Origin: Candidatus Latescibacterota bacterium
GTDB lineage: Bacteria > Latescibacterota > UBA2968 > UBA8231
Assembly (NCBI GenBank): GCA_965203175.1
Contig: OZ241867.1
Coordinates: 2,720,001-2,784,000 of the forward strand
Direction: 5' to 3'
Length of the DNA: 64,000 bases
Within the stretch, counting starts at the first letter, position 1. The number at the start of each line of letters is the position of its first letter. The notes below the pieces were generated by a model. It was not told the origin of the DNA. It saw nothing but the letters and a program-made list of their open reading frames with translations, and did not search any database. Both the position numbers and the translations under genes were made by a program. Positions 59,251 to 64,000 of this stretch are shown in pieces.

Positions 59251-60252
59251 TTAGTCCAGCCACGGAGGCGCAATGCCAAAGGCTTGGCCACACTCGGCTA
59301 GGCGTTCGATATCCTCTAATCCGATGGGTAGGCCGTCGCGCGCGTACGCTTCCTCATTGCGGTGTTCGGGCGTGCCGGGTAGAGTGACTTCGTCGTACCC
59401 GCGCAGCGGGATCATCTGCTCGCTCGCTAGACGCACCAGTTCATCGACACCGTGGCGCACTTGCGGAGCGGGTGCGAAGAGGCCCAAGTCGAGAACGAGG
59501 ATTAAGCTGCCCATGCGCGCTGCCGGCCATTGCGCGGCGATCTCGCGGTCGCGGTCGCCACCCTGGCCAACAAAAGCCCCACCGAGCAGGGTGGCGACTG
59601 CGGTGTAGCCCATGGACTTGAAGAAGGCTGCTGGGATCAGCTCTTCAATGGCTTCGATCTGCTCACCGCGTTGGTAGTCGGCGAGGATACAGGTGGCTAC
59701 GTCGAGTACTACAGGTGGTCCGTCTTGTCCAGGCAGGCCAAAGCACAAGGGCGGGTTGCCATAGTGGGCGGCGCGCTTGCCGTCGTTGCTAGGGTAGTAC
59801 TGGGGATAAGCCGCTTGCACCGAGAAGCCCACGCAGTTTTCCGCCATGGCGCGGCGCACGTAGTGTCCCGCTGAGCCGTAGTGTCCAATGTGGCAGGCCG
59901 CGCCGATGGCGAGACCCTTTTCCTTGGCCTTGGCGATGGCGCGTTCCGCGGCTAGCATGGTCGGCGCGTACCCGAGACCGCCATCGCCATCGACAAAGAC
60001 GTGGGTGTCGCTTTCGCGCAGGATGCGAATGTCTGGGTCGGGGTTGGCTTTTTTGTCGCGGAGCGTGCAGCAATACCCGTACAGGGCGCGGGTGCCGTGC
60101 GAGCGCACGCCGCGCAAGTCCGAATTGGTCAGCAGGTCGGCCAACTGCGCGGCGTGTGCGGCGGACATGCCAGCGGCGCGGAGGCAGGACGTGCCAAAAA
60201 CTCTGAGATCGGCGGCGGCAATGCGTTTGAATTCTGTGGGAGGACGGTTCAT
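59251..60252 (-). CDS. Ldh_2-family (malate/L-lactate/sulfolactate-type) oxidoreductase
   Basis: SDLRGVRSHG, VDGDGGLG, GHYGSAGHY, GNPPLC, LDVAT. Confidence 0.85.
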   Translation of the reverse strand: MNRPPTEFKRIAAADLRVFGTSCLRAAGMSAAHAAQLADLLTNSDLRGVRSHGTRALYGYCCTLRDKKANPDPDIRILRESDTHVFVDGDGGLGYAPTMLAAERAIAKAKEKGLAIGAACHIGHYGSAGHYVRRAMAENCVGFSVQAAYPQYYPSNDGKRAAHYGNPPLCFGLPGQDGPPVVLDVATCILADYQRGEQIEAIEELIPAAFFKSMGYTAVATLLGGAFVGQGGDRDREIAAQWPAARMGSLILVLDLGLFAPAPQVRHGVDELVRLASEQMIPLRGYDEVTLPGTPEHRNEEAYARDGLPIGLEDIERLAECGQAFGIAPPWLD

Positions 60253-60272
60253 ATAAGGGACTCCTGTGGGCG

Positions 60273-61079
60273 TTAGGGATGATTGGTCTTGCGGGCGAGC
60301 AGGTCGGCGAGTGCTGCTCCGATTTGGTCGGGATCGCTGGCAGGAGACGCGGCTAGGGCGCGTCGGTAGAAGTGCTCGGCTTGCCGATAGCGATCCTGTG
60401 CGTCGTACAGGCGGCCTAGATAGTAACAGGTGCGGGCCAAGTCGGGATGGTCGCCCGCTTGCAGGGACAGCGCGCTGTGGTACAGGGGTGCGGCCCGTTG
60501 GTAGTGGCCTTGGAGGAACAGGGCATGGGCGCGGGCGCGGAGGTTTAGGGCATGGGCGCGTTGAGCGAAAGAATCGGCCGCGGCGCGGTAGCCCTGTGCG
60601 CGGTAGAGGTCGGCTAACTTCTGCATGGTCGCCGCGACTTCCTCATCGCCTCGGTGCATCTGTTGAAAGGCGAGGACGCGGTCGTAGAGTGGGACGGCCT
60701 TGGCTGGCCGCTGCTGGAGTCGATAGGTGTCGCCTAACTTGTCGAGCGTCAACACCTTGTCGGGATGGTCGTCCGGGAGGTCCGCTTGCCGCTCGCGCAA
60801 GTGCTGGTAGAGGCTTTCGGCCCGTGCGAGTTCGCCGCGCACGATGTGGAGCTGGGCGAGTTGATGGGCGGTGCGGCCGTAGCGCGGGTCGTCGGGGGCG
60901 AAGGTTTCAGCTAGCGTTAGGGCGTGGGCTAGGGCTTGTTCGGCCTCGGCGAAACGGCTCTGGCCGAGGGCTGTGCGTCCGGCTTGGTAGTGTTGGGACC
61001 AAGCCTCGGCGCTGGGGTCTGACTGGCTGCAAGCGAGAGTGAGGGAGAGTGGGAAAAAGAGTGTAAGCAGTGCGATCAC
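60273..61079 (-). CDS. TPR (kinesin-light-chain-like) repeat lipoprotein
   Basis: LTLAC lipobox; repeats DHPD...LG..Y..Q.RY..AE..Y.RAL. Confidence 0.8.
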   Translation of the reverse strand: MIALLTLFFPLSLTLACSQSDPSAEAWSQHYQAGRTALGQSRFAEAEQALAHALTLAETFAPDDPRYGRTAHQLAQLHIVRGELARAESLYQHLRERQADLPDDHPDKVLTLDKLGDTYRLQQRPAKAVPLYDRVLAFQQMHRGDEEVAATMQKLADLYRAQGYRAAADSFAQRAHALNLRARAHALFLQGHYQRAAPLYHSALSLQAGDHPDLARTCYYLGRLYDAQDRYRQAEHFYRRALAASPASDPDQIGAALADLLARKTNHP

Positions 61080-62287
61080 GGAGTTCCTGTGGGTTGTTGT
61101 TGCAGAGTGTTGAGAAGTTGCTGGGTCTTAGCGCGCAGCGCCTCAGCGTCCTCACTCAGCGCTAGACTGCGGTGCAACGCCTGTTCGGCCGCGATGCGTT
61201 CCCCATTGCTGAGCAAGCCCAAGCCGAGGAGGTACCAGCCCTCGGCGTCGTCTGGGCGCACTGCAACCGCTCGGCGGCAGTAGGCGATGGCCTCGTCGTA
61301 GCGTCTGAGTTGGCCGACGATGTGGCCGGCGTTGAGCAAGGCGGGAAAGTACTCTGGATCTTGGTCGAGAGCGACCCGCAAGTAGCGCAGCGCAGCTTCG
61401 GGTTGTTGCAGCTTCAGGAGGTCGCCGGCGAGACGGTTGAGCAGAGCGAGATCCCCCGGGCGCAGGACGACGGCCCGGTCGAATTTGTTCTCGGCTTGGG
61501 TAAAGTACCCGTGCTGGACGAAGAACAGGCCGAGATTGTAGTGGTGGGCGGCTTCTTCGGGCGCGTTGAGGATGGCTGCGCGCAGTCGCTTGATCTCCTT
61601 GCCGCTGAGTGCTTGCAGGTGCGTAAAACTCGTTAGGGCCTGCTGCGCCAAGGTGTCGCGGCCGGTCTTGCGGGCGAGGGTGGCGAGGCGATAGAAAGCG
61701 TCGGCAAAGCCGATGTCGAGCAAGGTGGCGCGCTGAAAGGCCTCCAAGGCATCGGCTTGTCGGCCTTCGGCCGCAAGGCTTTGACCGAGGTAGTAGTAGA
61801 GCGTGGCGTCGTCGGGGAACAGGCGCAGGGCTTCGAGCAGCTCGCGAGTGGCCTCGGCGTAGCGGCCCGTAGCCAAGTACAGCTCACCCAAGCGTCGGCG
61901 CACTGGCGAGTTGTCGGGATTGAGTTGGACGGCGCGCTGGAGATAGGTATCGGCGCGATCGTACTGGCCCAGCTTGGTGTAGATCCCGCCGAGGTTCACA
62001 AAGCCCATGGCGAAATCGGGTTTGAGGCGGACGGTTGTTTCGAGGGATTCTATGGCCAGTGCGTAGCGGCCCTGAGCCGCATGGGACGAGGCCAGCACAT
62101 TGTGGAGGTCGGCGTTCGTCGAGTCGCGGACTAGCCCGGCGCGGGCGGCTGCGGCCGCTTCTTCAAAGCGGGTCGCCGCAAAGTGAGCACGGGCGCGGGC
62201 GAGGTGATCGACTGGATCCAGTGTTGGTACTGGCTCGGAGGCACAGGAGGCGAGCGCGAATGCCGCGCAGAGCAGTGGCCACGCCAT
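61076..62287 (-). CDS. TPR repeat lipoprotein
   Basis: LASC lipobox; many TPRs (NLGGIYTKLGQYDRA, HYNLGLFF). Confidence 0.82.
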   Translation of the reverse strand: MAWPLLCAAFALASCASEPVPTLDPVDHLARARAHFAATRFEEAAAAARAGLVRDSTNADLHNVLASSHAAQGRYALAIESLETTVRLKPDFAMGFVNLGGIYTKLGQYDRADTYLQRAVQLNPDNSPVRRRLGELYLATGRYAEATRELLEALRLFPDDATLYYYLGQSLAAEGRQADALEAFQRATLLDIGFADAFYRLATLARKTGRDTLAQQALTSFTHLQALSGKEIKRLRAAILNAPEEAAHHYNLGLFFVQHGYFTQAENKFDRAVVLRPGDLALLNRLAGDLLKLQQPEAALRYLRVALDQDPEYFPALLNAGHIVGQLRRYDEAIAYCRRAVAVRPDDAEGWYLLGLGLLSNGERIAAEQALHRSLALSEDAEALRAKTQQLLNTLQQQPTGTP

Positions 62288-62288
62288 T

Positions 62289-64000
62289 TCAGGGCTGCTC
62301 GGCAAAGCGGTGGAAGCGGTCGATTTCCAGATCCGCGTACACTTGCTGTGTGCCGGTGGGCCAGCGGATTGCGAGAGTATCGACGCGGGTTCGCGTCCCC
62401 AAGCCGAGGGTCGGGGATAAGCTGTTGGACGACCCAAATCCCGGACCGCTGCTGATTTCCACGACCCCGAGCAGATCTTGGGCGCGCAGGCGCAACTGTG
62501 CACCGATGGCCTGAGGTCCTAAATCCACGCCGAGGAAATGGTTGTGGTGGCCCTCGTTGCGGTACAGGCTGTTGGCCCACAGGTCGCCTGGGTAGTGGCC
62601 GCCGACCGCGGTATAGAGGTCGAGATCGCCGTCGAGGTCGTAGTCGGCAAAACCCACGCCGTGTCCCTTGCCTGGGTTGCCGACGCCGGCCGCGGCCGTG
62701 ATGTCGGCGAAGCGGTCGCCGCGATTGTGGAACAGCGTATTGGGTTCAAAGCGCGCCATTATGGGGCCGCCGTTGGTCAGGTAGATGTCGATTAGACCGT
62801 CGTAGTCCACATCGCCATAGCCCGCGCCCATCGAGCCAAAGGAGCGCGCCAGCCCTTGCTGAGGGGCGATGTCGCGGAAGGTCGTCCCGTCGTTGCGGTA
62901 CAGATAGGCGCGGGTCGGGCGCAAGGCCAGCCCCGTGACCTGCGACTGCACGATGTCTTCGTAGAAGTTCATGGCCGAGACGAAAAGGTCTCTGTCGCCA
63001 TCGCCGTCGCTGTCTATAAAAAATCCCACGTAGCTGCCCGCGCTCGGTTTGGCCACGCCGGCCTCGGCAGTGACATCGCTGAAGTAGTTTCCGTCGTTGC
63101 GGTATAGATGATTAGGGGCGGCCACGTCAATGGCGTAGAGGTCGCTGTCGCCGTCGCCGTCGTAATCGCCGCAGGTCACGCCGAGGGTTTTGCCGCGATA
63201 GGCCACGCCGGCCTGTGCGCCGCGGTCGGTAAAGGTGCCGTCTCCTTGGTTGTGGTACAGGCGGTTGGGCAGTCCGCTGCCGGTGATGCCCGAGGCCACG
63301 TACAGATCCGGCAGGCCGTCGTTGTCGTAGTCGGTCCAGACGGCCATGAAGCTGTCGTCCGCGCCGGCGACTCCGGCTTGGGGAGCGACATCGCGAAAGG
63401 TTCCATCGCCTTGATTGCGGTAGAGCGAGTTGGGCGCGAGACCTTCCCAGGCTTCGCGGGTGGTAAAGAGGTCTGGGCGTCCGTCGCCATCGTAGTCTGC
63501 GGCAATGGCCGCCCAGCCGCCGCGCGGGTCTGCGAGGTCGGCTGCGGCCGATACGTCGGCAAAGCGGCCGTTGCCGTCGTTGCGGTAGAGTGCGTGTAGG
63601 GTTTGGATGCCCGCGGCGAAGATATCCGGGTCGCCGTCACTGTCGTAGTCGAGCCACGCCACGCCGCGCCCCCGATCTCGCTTGCCGACGCCGGTTGCTG
63701 CGGCCACATCGGTAAAGCGCACCGGTGACGCCTCAGCCAGCGGTGCCAAGCCGATCTGATAGGCCGGTTCGAGATCGCCGGGGTAGGTGCCATAGGCCTC
63801 GATATAGGCCAGCCGCAGGTTCCACTGGCGCACGGTGCGCTGCGGCGAAGCTGGAGGCAGGACGTCAATGGCGCGCTTGTACGCGGCGACGGCCTCGGGG
63901 TACTGGCGTAAGTGATGGTGGGCCGCGCCCAAGAGGAAGGAGAGATACACGTCGTCCGGCCGCTCGGCGAGCAAGCTGTCGAGACGGACGGCAGAACCAG
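62289..64000 (-). CDS. CRTAC1-like protein (TPR + FG-GAP repeats + ASPIC/UnbV), 5' end outside the window
   Basis: DYDSDGDPD, DYDGDGRPD, DYDNDGLPD, LYRNDG repeats; C-terminal AIGAQL...GLGTRTRVDTLAIRWPTG. Confidence 0.85.
   Translation of the reverse strand, partial: GSAVRLDSLLAERPDDVYLSFLLGAAHHHLRQYPEAVAAYKRAIDVLPPASPQRTVRQWNLRLAYIEAYGTYPGDLEPAYQIGLAPLAEASPVRFTDVAAATGVGKRDRGRGVAWLDYDSDGDPDIFAAGIQTLHALYRNDGNGRFADVSAAADLADPRGGWAAIAADYDGDGRPDLFTTREAWEGLAPNSLYRNQGDGTFRDVAPQAGVAGADDSFMAVWTDYDNDGLPDLYVASGITGSGLPNRLYHNQGDGTFTDRGAQAGVAYRGKTLGVTCGDYDGDGDSDLYAIDVAAPNHLYRNDGNYFSDVTAEAGVAKPSAGSYVGFFIDSDGDGDRDLFVSAMNFYEDIVQSQVTGLALRPTRAYLYRNDGTTFRDIAPQQGLARSFGSMGAGYGDVDYDGLIDIYLTNGGPIMARFEPNTLFHNRGDRFADITAAAGVGNPGKGHGVGFADYDLDGDLDLYTAVGGHYPGDLWANSLYRNEGHHNHFLGVDLGPQAIGAQLRLRAQDLLGVVEISSGPGFGSSNSLSPTLGLGTRTRVDTLAIRWPTGTQQVYADLEIDRFHRFAEQP

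Overview
High-GC bacterial chromosome window. The gene content (FlgD/T9SS-type C-terminal domains, DUF6785-like membrane proteins, several enolase-superfamily enzymes, TPR/FG-GAP proteins) suggests an FCB-group organism such as Latescibacterota, possibly a host-associated MAG; this taxonomy is inference. From left to right: an NtrC-family regulator with a downstream sigma-54 promoter; a futalosine-pathway menaquinone operon (menG-mqnE-mqnC-mqnA-mqnP); and a collapsed anti-phage island, in which an intact IS903-group IS5 element (7166-8325, 16-bp perfect TIRs, no TSD) joins the 5' part of a Dsr1-like SIR2 gene to the 5' part of a convergent ABC-type ATPase gene preceded by an hsdS remnant. Next come a GGT plus two tandem OPT-like membrane paralogues, secreted proteins (CotH kinase-LTD, FG-GAP, two paralogous discoidin/FlgD proteins), a sugar-acid catabolic region with three atypical enolase-family enzymes and a sialidase, and an accessory block around dapA. 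A PAS kinase/sigma-54 activator pair follows with its enhancer and promoter; its target surface-protein gene is broken at a second deletion scar. The window ends with tRNA-Pro, pyrF, rnpB, a zinc-ribbon gene with a candidate structured leader RNA, a split transketolase and a TPR/ASPIC-UnbV cluster. No CRISPR array or prophage was seen. All product calls come from motif recognition, not database searches.
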